Below, piece by piece: positions 19,378 to 28,868 of a stretch of DNA of 64,000 bases. Every line of letters starts with the position of its first letter. The first letter of the stretch is position 1. The position numbers were made by a program, and so were the translations under genes. The stretch covers positions 4,890 to 68,889 of the forward strand of contig JAEYOE010000014.1 of NCBI GenBank assembly GCA_023412005.1, written 5' to 3'. The stretch comes from Bacillota bacterium (lineage in GTDB: Bacteria; Bacillota; Clostridia; Christensenellales; SZUA-584). Below the pieces are notes generated by a model that saw nothing but the letters and a program-made list of their open reading frames with translations, was not told where the DNA came from and did no database searches.

Positions 19378-22191
19378 TTATAAGCTATCATTGGTTTCTG
19401 TGCCAGATGATTGAGTAATATCATTAGCAAGTTTTTTTACAAAATAATTGTTATCGGTACGTCCATTTTGAAGAATAAATTGCCCCCTGACTGTATTGAT
19501 AAATTCAGTTTTCGATATACTTCGTAAAATTAATATTTTTGTATTGCTATTAGCGTTAATTGTAAGGTAAGATAATCTTTCTAATGCAACAGCTGCATAG
19601 CTTTCAGCCCGTAAAAGCTCAACAAGCACGACTACAGCATAAAATAAGGCGTCGGAATGATTGTTTTCACCCACCGACAAAACGAAATTTATGATAATCC
19701 CTAATATACCGTTATCAATATTAGAAACATCAGTATCAGATAAATATTCGCCAAGATATCTTAAGGCACTAATAATATCTTGTTCAGGATTTCCTGTCAT
19801 GATAGCAAACCCAATAGCTACGTCTTCAAAAGACGCGCAACCCAAAGAAATCTTGAGTAGCAAACTGTTGTATCTAAGTATTTGAGGGGTGCTTCCACCG
19901 AATGGCTCGGCAAATCGCCCGCTTGTAATAACCTCTTCATGTGTAGTTATTTTATTCGCAAAGTCTTTCCATATTTCATGTTCGGGATATGTATTGTATA
20001 AGAAAATGGCTAGTAAAAGAGCACCTTCTTTTACATCACCCTGCTGATGTTTGCTAAGTAATGTATCCTGAATCAAATTTATAATTTCTCCAACTTTTTC
20101 ATTTGTAAGTTGAATATCATTAATTTTCAATATATTTCTTATTACTTCATATGGATTGTACCCATAAGAAGTATAATAAACACCAGATTCATTTGGTACA
20201 TTTCTATGCTGTGCTTCTTGTATATATTTCTCTAAATGTTTTAAAGGATTGCTATTCATTCCAACTTCCAGATCATATTCGCCGGAAGAAAACTCTGGAT
20301 TATATTTGTCAACAGAGCTATCAAGCTCCGACATATCTATTGTCGCTGTTTTTCTAAATACAATAATAGCTTCATGAAGTTTTGAATTATTGACCAAGTT
20401 TTCCATTGTTAAAAGTGAAACTAACTGCTTCAATATCTTAGTTTGGATTTCCTCCGTTATTTTTGAATATTCAATATATCTAAGCGTTTTTAGGGCATCG
20501 TCACAAAATCTAAAGATACCATTGTTGAAAAAGTCTAGAACTAATTCTGCAATGAGATTGTTGTCAGAACGCTTGATGATTGATTGCGCAGTCTGAAGAA
20601 TATAGCTACCAGCGTTAACGATTCTTGTATTATTAGTGCACCATTTATGGGATTGTATAAAGAATAAATTCTCTTGCGTTCGATATTGTTCATCACTCAT
20701 ATAGTAACCAAGGTGCTCAAGTAGCATACAACATGATAAAAACCGTCTGTTTTTAAATGGGATCGTTTCAATACTAGCAAGAACTGTGTCAATGTTATCG
20801 GTAGTAATGGCATCAATGCTATTACGATACGTATTCACAACTTTTCTTAAAATTTTATCATCTTGCTGAAGAATGTATATACATATAAGCTTAAAGAATA
20901 GTTGAACATCTTTACAATCAGAGAATTTAGTAAAAAGCACTTCTGTATATCGATTAAGCGTCAATCGAATATGAGTGAGCGAACCAAAGCGAACTGCTAT
21001 GTTAAAATATGATGCTATGTCATCAAAAGCACCACTCATAATTCCCATGCGAAATGTATATGGGGAATCGGTCAACATTTCAAAATGCTCTTTTAATAAT
21101 TTAGATTTTTGATTTTCTACGAATCTATCTAATAATGGATAATATATCAACTCTGAACTTTGATCTAACAATTCTTGCCCTTTTGGCTTAATATTTATCA
21201 GATTTTTTGTTTGGTCTAACATCGTGCTAATGTTTCGCATATCAATAACGATATCGTTAATAAACCATTCTGGGATACGCTCTCTGCCCTTAACAAGGTC
21301 GTAAGCTCCCTGTATTTTTAATAAGCAATCATCAAGATTTCCTGAAAAAAAGTCTGCAACTGCGCCAAACCTTAATTGAAGTACATCTGAAATATCATTA
21401 ATAGCCATAGGCTCAGATAACACTTCTTTTATTAACTGTTCAAAGGTGTTGACATTGAATTTCTGACGTCCGATTACTACACCTAAGAATTCAGAACATA
21501 ACCTGTCATACAATGCTGGCTCGTCTTCTTCTTTCGGTGATGATTTTTTGTTGTAAGGGTCCATTACTCTTGCCAAAATATTATTCGGCGAATATCTCGA
21601 ATATATTTTTTTATTAAATAAAATACTTTGAGAGGGATAAAATCCATTAATATTTTCCGGCGGTGTGATATCCGGCGGTGTGATATCCGGCGGTGTGTTA
21701 TCCGGGGTATTTGAAGTATTATTATCCGAAGCTGATATCCTCTTCCTATACCAATCTAAAATATCTTGTATGGCACGTTCGTAAGCTATCTTAGGTAGTT
21801 CAGCAAATTCAGGGACAGTTCGATAAATGGTCTCGCCAGACTGTCTGAGCTCACTATGGAGTGGTATCTCATCATTGCTTCTTTCACTGCAGAAAAAATA
21901 AAGTCGATGTATGCCTGTGCTAATTGCTTGTCTGTGTTCTGTGTAGACTGCATCGGTTACTCCATCAGCATTGTCAATAAGAAAAATACAAAGGTCTGAT
22001 AAAGAAACTTCTTGAAGATAAGCCCCCTGAGTATTCTGACTGCTGGCTTCTTGCTCAAATACATATACCGAGGCTACTAGCCCAGTCTCGATCAATAGAG
22101 TTTTTAATGCATGACGTACCAGCTTATAACGATTGTCAATTCTCGAACTTATAAATACAGTAAGTTTTCTTTCTATATCCCTACCAAACAT
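19378..22191 (-). CDS. DUF4062 (TIR-like) N-terminal domain protein with a large alpha-helical repeat body
   Basis: 937 aa. The N-terminus LTVFISSRIDNRYKLVRHALKTLLIETGLVASVYVFEQE...SLSDLCIFLID fits the DUF4062 pattern. A PPDITPPDITPPE linker follows, then about 750 aa predicted helical with no P-loop seen. Confidence 0.6.
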   Translation of the reverse strand: MFGRDIERKLTVFISSRIDNRYKLVRHALKTLLIETGLVASVYVFEQEASSQNTQGAYLQEVSLSDLCIFLIDNADGVTDAVYTEHRQAISTGIHRLYFFCSERSNDEIPLHSELRQSGETIYRTVPEFAELPKIAYERAIQDILDWYRKRISASDNNTSNTPDNTPPDITPPDITPPENINGFYPSQSILFNKKIYSRYSPNNILARVMDPYNKKSSPKEEDEPALYDRLCSEFLGVVIGRQKFNVNTFEQLIKEVLSEPMAINDISDVLQLRFGAVADFFSGNLDDCLLKIQGAYDLVKGRERIPEWFINDIVIDMRNISTMLDQTKNLINIKPKGQELLDQSSELIYYPLLDRFVENQKSKLLKEHFEMLTDSPYTFRMGIMSGAFDDIASYFNIAVRFGSLTHIRLTLNRYTEVLFTKFSDCKDVQLFFKLICIYILQQDDKILRKVVNTYRNSIDAITTDNIDTVLASIETIPFKNRRFLSCCMLLEHLGYYMSDEQYRTQENLFFIQSHKWCTNNTRIVNAGSYILQTAQSIIKRSDNNLIAELVLDFFNNGIFRFCDDALKTLRYIEYSKITEEIQTKILKQLVSLLTMENLVNNSKLHEAIIVFRKTATIDMSELDSSVDKYNPEFSSGEYDLEVGMNSNPLKHLEKYIQEAQHRNVPNESGVYYTSYGYNPYEVIRNILKINDIQLTNEKVGEIINLIQDTLLSKHQQGDVKEGALLLAIFLYNTYPEHEIWKDFANKITTHEEVITSGRFAEPFGGSTPQILRYNSLLLKISLGCASFEDVAIGFAIMTGNPEQDIISALRYLGEYLSDTDVSNIDNGILGIIINFVLSVGENNHSDALFYAVVVLVELLRAESYAAVALERLSYLTINANSNTKILILRSISKTEFINTVRGQFILQNGRTDNNYFVKKLANDITQSSGTETNDSL
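21657..21705. repeat. 15-bp tandem repeat (3 units) inside the 937-aa gene
   Basis: CCGGCGGTGTGATAT occurs three times (third unit has one mismatch), followed by CCGG. It encodes the DNTPPDITPPDITPPE linker. Confidence 0.9.
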
Positions 22192-22584
22192 TGACGAAAC
22201 ATCCCTTCACTCTATACTCAAACAAAACAAAACCATATTAGTCATTATACAACATTAAACAACATTAATACCATACTATGAGATAAATTATATTTTTAAA
22301 CTTTTGAATTAGAAACAGAAGCAAAGACTTCACTGTAAATCAAAACCTTGCTAAAGTCATTCTTATTATGGAATGCCTTTTATTTGTATAGCTATCGCAA
22401 GAACTAGCGAATTTATATGCTGGGTGATATAATACTAAGCAATATGAAATGGAAGGCTTATTATGGCTGTTTCATGAAATTTATTCAATTAACGACTCTT
22501 ACAAAAAATGAGCAAATTGTGCTTGCGTAAAGTTTCTGGCCTTCGGACATAATGACTAACTTCGACTATAGGAGCCTATGATTT

Positions 22585-24927
22585 ATGATAGATAAAAAAC
22601 AGATGACCGAAGAGGATATCAAGCTCCAATTCATTACTCCGGCAATCACCGCCAAATGGAACTTAGATTATATTACGATGGAAACGAAAATCACGGATGG
22701 AAAAATCAATCTCAAGGGTAATTTTATAATTCGTGAAAAACCGAAAAAGGCTGATTACGTTCTTTATATAAATTCGAACAATCCGATTGCCATCGTCGAA
22801 GCCAAGGATAATAAGCATTCGGTATCTTATGGCTTACAGCAGGCTATAACTTATGCTCAAATGCTCGATGTACCCTTTGCATATAGCTCCAATGGTGATG
22901 CGTTTTATGAGCATGACTTTCTCACCGGGCAGGAGCGGCAAATAGAATTTTCCGATTTCCCATCACCAGATGAACTGATTAACCGTTATCAGGCTGGAAA
23001 AGGGTTGAATGAGAACGAAAAGAAAATCATCGAACAACCCTATTATACAAGCCAGACCACATACGCACCGCGATATTATCAGCGGAATGCAGTTAACCGT
23101 ACTTTAGATGCTATAGCCAAGGGTCAACAGCGTCTCCTTCTTGTTATGGCAACTGGGACAGGCAAGACATACACTGCGTTTCAGATTGTCTATCGTCTGC
23201 TGAAAAGCGGCATGAAAAGAAAGGTGCTATATTTAGCTGACCGCAACATCCTTGTTGACCAGTCAATTCAGCAGGATTTTGCTCCACTTAAAAAGACGAT
23301 ACATAAAATCAATTTTGCTAAGGACGATCCAGTAACAATTACATCACATGAGGTCTATTTCTCGCTATATCAGCAGCTAACCGACCGTGAGGATGAAGAG
23401 AATGATGAATGCGAAGACGAAACCGTTAGCCGTCTTTCCAAGCTATTTCAGAAGGACTTCTTTGATCTCATCATCGTGGACGAGTGCCATCGCGGTTCTG
23501 CAAAGAAGGACAGTAATTGGCGCAAGATACTCGATTATTTCTCCGCGGCAACACAAATTGGCATGACCGCCACGCCGAAAGAAACAAAATATATTTCCAA
23601 CATTGATTATTTTGGTGATCCGATTTACACCTATAGCCTTCGTGAAGGCATTGATGACGGTTTCCTTGCTCCTTTCAAAGTGATAAACATCCGTACCAAC
23701 ATAGGAGAAGGCTGGCGTCCTTATAAAGGGCAACTTGATAAGAACGGTAAAGAAATTGAAGATCGTATCTACACAAACAGCGATTTTGATTACAATATCA
23801 TCCTCGAAGACCGCACGTATGAGGTTGCCAAGGAAATCACAGAATACTTAAAAATCACGGACAGAATGCAAAAAACGATTGTGTTCTGTGCAACCGAGGA
23901 TCACGCAGAGCGTATGCGAATCGCGCTGGTCAACTTAAACTCCGATATGGTTCAGAAGAACCCAGATTATGTGGTTCGCATAACAGGCAGCGATGCGTAT
24001 GGTAAGAGCAAGCTCGATTATTTCATCTCCGTTTCTGCACCGTACCCTGTTATTGCAACAACCTCGAAACTTCTTTCAACCGGTGCGGACTGCAAGATGA
24101 CCAAGCTCATTGTTCTAGACCAAATGATTGGTTCTATGACGGAATTCAAGCAGGTTATCGGCAGAGGTACTCGGCTCCGTGAAAAAGAAGGCAAAACGCA
24201 CTTTATTGTTATGGATTTCCGCAATGTGACGCGCCTGTTTGCTGACCCTGACTGGGACGGCCCAATTGAACAGGATGATAATTACGGCAGCGGTGGAAAT
24301 AGACCCGCTGGCCCCGGGCCTGTAACACCTCCCGGCCCTGGCACTGATCCGAAAGAAAAGCCAATCGTTGATGAACATGGCTGCACAGTTAAGGTGATCG
24401 GTAAGACCGTTTCAATTTATGATGCCAACGGCAAGCTGCTCCGTCAAGAAAGCATTGTGGATTATACCAAGTCCAACATCCTCGGCACATACGCTTCTCT
24501 TGATAATTTCATCCAACAATGGTCTGCAGAAGAAAAGAAAGAAAGCATCAAGGATTTGCTCTTGGAGCGCGGTATCGATTTAGAAGGCATGAAAACTGAC
24601 CAGAACATGTCCGATGTGGACGATTTTGATTTCATTTGCCATGTTGCGTTTAACCAGAAACCTTTAACGCGGTGTGAACGAGCTAACAATGTTAAAAAGC
24701 GAGATTTCTTAAGCAAGTACAACGGGGTAGCTCGTGATGTTCTTGAAGCACTTCTGGATAAGTACATGAACACTGGCATCTATGAGATTGAGAAAACAGA
24801 GATTTTGAAGCTTGACCCACTACAGAAATTCGGCAAGCCATCAAAGATTGCGCAGTTTTTCGGTGGTAAAGAAGGATATCTGCAAGCGATCAAAGAATTA
24901 GAAGAAGAACTTTATAAGGTGGGTTGA
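22585..24927 (+). CDS. hsdR: Type I restriction enzyme R subunit
   Basis: 780 aa. Nuclease-like N-terminal domain (ADYVLY...IVEAKD), helicase motifs MATGTGKT and DECH, and an EcoEI-type C-terminal region. Confidence 0.9.
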   Translation: MIDKKQMTEEDIKLQFITPAITAKWNLDYITMETKITDGKINLKGNFIIREKPKKADYVLYINSNNPIAIVEAKDNKHSVSYGLQQAITYAQMLDVPFAYSSNGDAFYEHDFLTGQERQIEFSDFPSPDELINRYQAGKGLNENEKKIIEQPYYTSQTTYAPRYYQRNAVNRTLDAIAKGQQRLLLVMATGTGKTYTAFQIVYRLLKSGMKRKVLYLADRNILVDQSIQQDFAPLKKTIHKINFAKDDPVTITSHEVYFSLYQQLTDREDEENDECEDETVSRLSKLFQKDFFDLIIVDECHRGSAKKDSNWRKILDYFSAATQIGMTATPKETKYISNIDYFGDPIYTYSLREGIDDGFLAPFKVINIRTNIGEGWRPYKGQLDKNGKEIEDRIYTNSDFDYNIILEDRTYEVAKEITEYLKITDRMQKTIVFCATEDHAERMRIALVNLNSDMVQKNPDYVVRITGSDAYGKSKLDYFISVSAPYPVIATTSKLLSTGADCKMTKLIVLDQMIGSMTEFKQVIGRGTRLREKEGKTHFIVMDFRNVTRLFADPDWDGPIEQDDNYGSGGNRPAGPGPVTPPGPGTDPKEKPIVDEHGCTVKVIGKTVSIYDANGKLLRQESIVDYTKSNILGTYASLDNFIQQWSAEEKKESIKDLLLERGIDLEGMKTDQNMSDVDDFDFICHVAFNQKPLTRCERANNVKKRDFLSKYNGVARDVLEALLDKYMNTGIYEIEKTEILKLDPLQKFGKPSKIAQFFGGKEGYLQAIKELEEELYKVG

Positions 24928-24929
24928 AA

Positions 24930-26405
24930 ATGAGCTTAACTAATTTCGTCAAGAGACTTCGAGACATTATGCGCAATGATGCAGGTATCAACGGTGACGC
25001 TCAGCGTATTGAGCAGATTGCATGGATGTTATTTTTAAAGGTATATGACGCAAAAGAGCAGGACTGGGACATGGATGAAGATGATTATAAGTCCATCATC
25101 CCGGAGGAGTGCCGCTGGAGCAGCTGGGCAGTGGATGACAAAAGCGGCAAAGCCATGACTGGTGACAGGCTGATGAGCTTTGTCAATAACACTTTGTTTC
25201 CCACGCTCAAAGGACTCAATGTAACGCCAGATACGCCTATAAAAAAGTCTATCGTAAAGACCACTTTCGAAGATGCCAACAACTATATGAAAGACGGCGT
25301 TCTGCTCCGTCAGGTTATCAACATCATTGACGAATTGGATTTGAGCGACTATGATGAAAGCCATGCTTTTGGAGAAATCTATGAATCTATACTCCGTGAA
25401 TTGCAGAGTGCGGGTTCTTCCGGTGAATTCTATACGCCCCGCGCGGTCACGGAATTCATGGCCAAGATGATCCAACCGAAAATCGGTGAAAAGATGGCCG
25501 ATTTTGCTTGCGGCACCGGCGGCTTTATCACCAGTTGGCTAAATGAACTCGCTCCACTGATCAAGACAACGGATGACCAGGTTGAATATGATAATTCCAT
25601 TTACGGTATCGAAAAGAAACAGTTTCCTTATATGCTTTGCATCACAAATATGCTACTTCATGGTCTTGATGTGCCGAAAATCTATCATGACAACTCATTG
25701 CTGCGTGATGTGCTGGATTACACAGAGGATGATCAGTTTGATGTCATCTTAATGAATCCTCCGTATGGTGGAAGTGAAAAAGCAGATGTTAAAAACCATT
25801 TCCCCTCTGACCTTGCCAGCAGTGAAACGGCAGATCTCTTTATGTCTGTCATTATGTATCGCTTAAAGAAAAATGGCAGAGTAGCCGTTATCCTACCGGA
25901 TGGTTTTCTGTTTGGCACTGACAATACCAAGGTTGCCATAAAGAAAAAACTGCTTTCTGAATTCAATCTGCACACTGTTATCCGTATGCCCAACAGTGTG
26001 TTTTCTCCTTACACCTCGATCACCACGAACATTCTGTTCTTTGACCGTACAAAGCCAACTTCGGATACATGGTTTTTCCGTCTGGATATGCCGGAGGGAT
26101 ACAAACATTTTTCCAAGACAAAGCCTATGAAGCTGGAGCATTTTGATCCAGTCATCGAATGGTGGGATAATCGGGTGGAAATTAGCGTTGACGGCTTTGA
26201 CAAGGCCAAGAAGTACACCGCTGTGCAGCTCATCGAGGAACTGGGATACAATCTCGACCAGTGCGGCTATCCCCACGAGGAAGAAGAAATACTCGACCCG
26301 ATGGATTTGATTCATGAGTATGAGGAACGACGGGCATCTTTGAATGCCGAGATTGACCGTGTACTTGCTGATATTACCTCCATTCTTGGGGGTGCGAAGC
26401 AATGA
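24930..26405 (+). CDS. hsdM: Type I restriction-modification methyltransferase M subunit
   Basis: HsdM N-terminal domain (RIEQIAWMLFLKVYD), FYTPR, and the catalytic NPPYGG motif. ATG at 24930 follows AAGGTGG. Confidence 0.9.
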   Translation: MSLTNFVKRLRDIMRNDAGINGDAQRIEQIAWMLFLKVYDAKEQDWDMDEDDYKSIIPEECRWSSWAVDDKSGKAMTGDRLMSFVNNTLFPTLKGLNVTPDTPIKKSIVKTTFEDANNYMKDGVLLRQVINIIDELDLSDYDESHAFGEIYESILRELQSAGSSGEFYTPRAVTEFMAKMIQPKIGEKMADFACGTGGFITSWLNELAPLIKTTDDQVEYDNSIYGIEKKQFPYMLCITNMLLHGLDVPKIYHDNSLLRDVLDYTEDDQFDVILMNPPYGGSEKADVKNHFPSDLASSETADLFMSVIMYRLKKNGRVAVILPDGFLFGTDNTKVAIKKKLLSEFNLHTVIRMPNSVFSPYTSITTNILFFDRTKPTSDTWFFRLDMPEGYKHFSKTKPMKLEHFDPVIEWWDNRVEISVDGFDKAKKYTAVQLIEELGYNLDQCGYPHEEEEILDPMDLIHEYEERRASLNAEIDRVLADITSILGGAKQ

Positions 26406-27895
26406 CCCCGCAGGAATTGAAAAACAGCATTCTACAGTTAGCCATTCAGGGTAAGTTGGTTGAGCAACGGCCGGAAGAAGGCACAGGCGAGGAACTTTAT
26501 AAGCAGATACAAACAGAGAAACAACGGCTCATCAAAGCAGGAACTATCAAAAAAGAAGAACTAATACCGGAAATCATTGAAGATGAGAAGCCGTTCGATA
26601 TTCCGGACAGTTGGATTTTTGTGCGTCTTGATGATATCATTCAAAAAAATATAAAACGAGGTAAATCACCAACATACATTGCTTCTAGTAATACGCTTGT
26701 CTTTGCACAAAAGTGTAATGTGAAGACAGGTGGAATTAATATGACTCTCGCTCAGTATCTTGATGAATCAACTTTGCACAAATATCCAAAAGAAGAATTT
26801 ATGCGTGATATGGACATTGTTGTTAACTCAACAGGAAATGGGACTTTAGGAAGAATAGGTATATATAGCGATTCCGATAATCCTAAAAATCAGCAAATAG
26901 TGCCGGATTCCCATGTTACGGTTGTCAGGGTCAACAACTACACACTGCCTAAATACGCATATTATTTTTTAAAAAGAAAGCAACCATATCTCGAAAGCAT
27001 GGGAGATGGCTCAACAAATCAAACTGAACTTAAACCATATGTTTTAAGAGCATTAGTAATTCCGCTTCCGCCTCTTGCTGAGCAGAAGCGTATTGTTGCC
27101 AAAATAGAAGAACTACTGCCTCTTATCGAACGCTACGAACAGGCGTGGAGCAAACTTGAGGACTTCAACAAGCATTTTCCAATCGATATGCAGAAATCCA
27201 TCCTGCAGATGGCAATTCAAGGCAAGCTAGTCGAGCAGCGCTCGGAGGAAGGTACAGGAGAGCAACTGTATCAACAGATTCAAGCCGAAAAGCAAAGACT
27301 CATTAAAATAGGGACTTTAAAAAAAGATAAACCTCAACCAGAAATAACAGAAGACGAAAAGCCGTTTGATATACCAGAAAGTTGGGCATGGGTTAGACTA
27401 CAGGAAATCGGAGAATTAAGTCGTGGTCGCTCTCAGCATCGTCCGCGCAATGATTCAAGCTTATATATCAACGGAACGGTCCCGATGATTCAAACTGGCG
27501 ATGTCGCAAGAGCGAATGGATATATCTCTGTCTGGTCAGTAATGTATAATGAGTTTGGCGTTGCGCAAAGCAGGATATGGAAAGCGGGGACCGTATGCTT
27601 AACTATTGCTGCAAATATTGGTGATGTTGCAATCTTAAAATTCGATGCTTGTTTTCCTGATAGCGTCGTTGGATTCAATGCATACAGACCCGTGGTGTCA
27701 AATGAATATTTCATGTATGGCTTGATGTGCTATAAAAGCATTTTGAACATAATGTCCCGTTCAACGGCGCAAAAGAATATTAACATTGATATTTTGTCTA
27801 AAATTGCATTTCCTCTCCCGCCCCTTGCAGAGCAAAAGCGCATTGTTGCTCAGCTAGAAGAAATCCTGCCTCTGTGTGAGAAGTTGAAAAGGTGA
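26402..27895 (+). CDS. hsdS: Type I restriction-modification specificity S subunit
   Basis: Two target-recognition domains separated by duplicated conserved regions (SILQ.AIQGKLVEQR.EEGTGE...EDEKPFDIP.SW and LPPLAEQKRIVA). ATGA overlap with hsdM. Confidence 0.9.
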   Translation: MTPQELKNSILQLAIQGKLVEQRPEEGTGEELYKQIQTEKQRLIKAGTIKKEELIPEIIEDEKPFDIPDSWIFVRLDDIIQKNIKRGKSPTYIASSNTLVFAQKCNVKTGGINMTLAQYLDESTLHKYPKEEFMRDMDIVVNSTGNGTLGRIGIYSDSDNPKNQQIVPDSHVTVVRVNNYTLPKYAYYFLKRKQPYLESMGDGSTNQTELKPYVLRALVIPLPPLAEQKRIVAKIEELLPLIERYEQAWSKLEDFNKHFPIDMQKSILQMAIQGKLVEQRSEEGTGEQLYQQIQAEKQRLIKIGTLKKDKPQPEITEDEKPFDIPESWAWVRLQEIGELSRGRSQHRPRNDSSLYINGTVPMIQTGDVARANGYISVWSVMYNEFGVAQSRIWKAGTVCLTIAANIGDVAILKFDACFPDSVVGFNAYRPVVSNEYFMYGLMCYKSILNIMSRSTAQKNINIDILSKIAFPLPPLAEQKRIVAQLEEILPLCEKLKR

Positions 27896-27950
27896 GTGCA
27901 AGCCCAGTTGTGAATAAGAAAAAGCTAAATAAAAACGAACCTTTTTCATG

Positions 27951-27979
27951 TTGACAATTTGAAAATTGTGTAGTAAATT
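27951..27979 (+). promoter_or_regulatory. Sigma-A promoter with no ORF behind it
   Basis: TTGACA, 17 nt, TAAATT. Confidence 0.45.
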
Positions 27980-27985
27980 TTAGAC

Positions 27986-28176
27986 AGTCTAATAGATTTT
28001 CTGTTAGCAATCGTTAATGTTGAGGTGATAGGGTGCCAACACTCTACGAACCTCTAACCGTTTAATTTTGAGGCAACAGGGGTTTTTACATTCCTCAAAC
28101 CTCTAACAAGGTAGTTATTAAGCCTTTATGGCAAACAATTAAGAGAGACGAACTTTTTTTAGTCGTCTTTTTTTGT
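27986..28176 (+). ncRNA. Candidate about 190-nt structured non-coding transcript, or the oriT/dso region of the element
   Basis: Lies between the promoter at 27951 and the AGACGA/TCGTCT hairpin plus T run at 28146..28174. It contains stems GAGGT/ACCTC and TTTGAGG/CCTCAAA and a 10-nt direct repeat AACCTCTAAC (28049 and 28098). No plausible ORF. Confidence 0.3.
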
Positions 28177-28357
28177 TTGCGGGAACGGGGATAAAAGTAG
28201 AAAGGGGGTGATGCCTATGGTGTTTATTTGTAATGATGGTTTATATCGCTACAGAAACATACTTGGTATCAGATATCGCAATATCCATTGTAGCCCCCTC
28301 CCCGCAAATTATTAATTAAAGTACAAATAATTATTGGATAAAGTAGCATAGTTACTT

Positions 28358-28723
28358 TTGAATAAGCATATCAGATCACAATCAGGCTCTGATATAATTA
28401 ATCGAATAATTACAGAGAAACATTTAACACAGGCTGATGTAGTTCGGAAAACCGGACTCAGCAGATCGGTAATAAATCGCATATGTCGAAACAGTAACGA
28501 TAAGGGGGAACCATATATACCAACAGATGATGTTTTCTGGATATTGGTATATGACTTAAGAATGTCAGAAGAAGAGAAAAGCGAATTGGAAAATGCTTGG
28601 TTTCCTGAAAAAAAGATTCTGCGTGAAAATGTTGGGCGAGGTTTGAGTTCAACGGAAATAAACGAGATATTATATGAATCCGAATGCAAATTGTTAGGCT
28701 ATAAAAGATCGGATGACAATTAA
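28358..28723 (+). CDS. HTH (XRE-like) DNA-binding protein
   Basis: LTQADVVRKTGLSRSVINRICR is a helix-turn-helix. The only possible start is a TTG without a clear SD. A terminator follows. Confidence 0.5.
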   Translation: MNKHIRSQSGSDIINRIITEKHLTQADVVRKTGLSRSVINRICRNSNDKGEPYIPTDDVFWILVYDLRMSEEEKSELENAWFPEKKILRENVGRGLSSTEINEILYESECKLLGYKRSDDN

Positions 28724-28734
28724 GCATAAAAAAT

Positions 28735-28771
28735 GGCCACTCTTCAAGCACTGGAAGGGTGGTCTTTTTTC
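28735..28771 (+). terminator. Rho-independent terminator after the HTH gene
   Basis: GGCCACTCTTC / GGAAGGGTGGTC stem (9 of 11 pairs) followed by TTTTTT. Confidence 0.55.
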
Positions 28772-28868
28772 TGCGCTGCTTCTCCCAAGAAGCCAACACA
28801 AAAATAATATCTGTTACTGTAAATGCAAGTGATGCGCATACCTTAAAAAATTATTAAAGGAGATTAAC

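Noticed and set aside
26420-27870. Long internal direct repeats in hsdS as a possible phase-variation shufflon.
   Set aside because: They are the canonical central and terminal conserved regions of an S subunit. There is no second hsdS copy, no inverted repeats and no dedicated invertase next to it.
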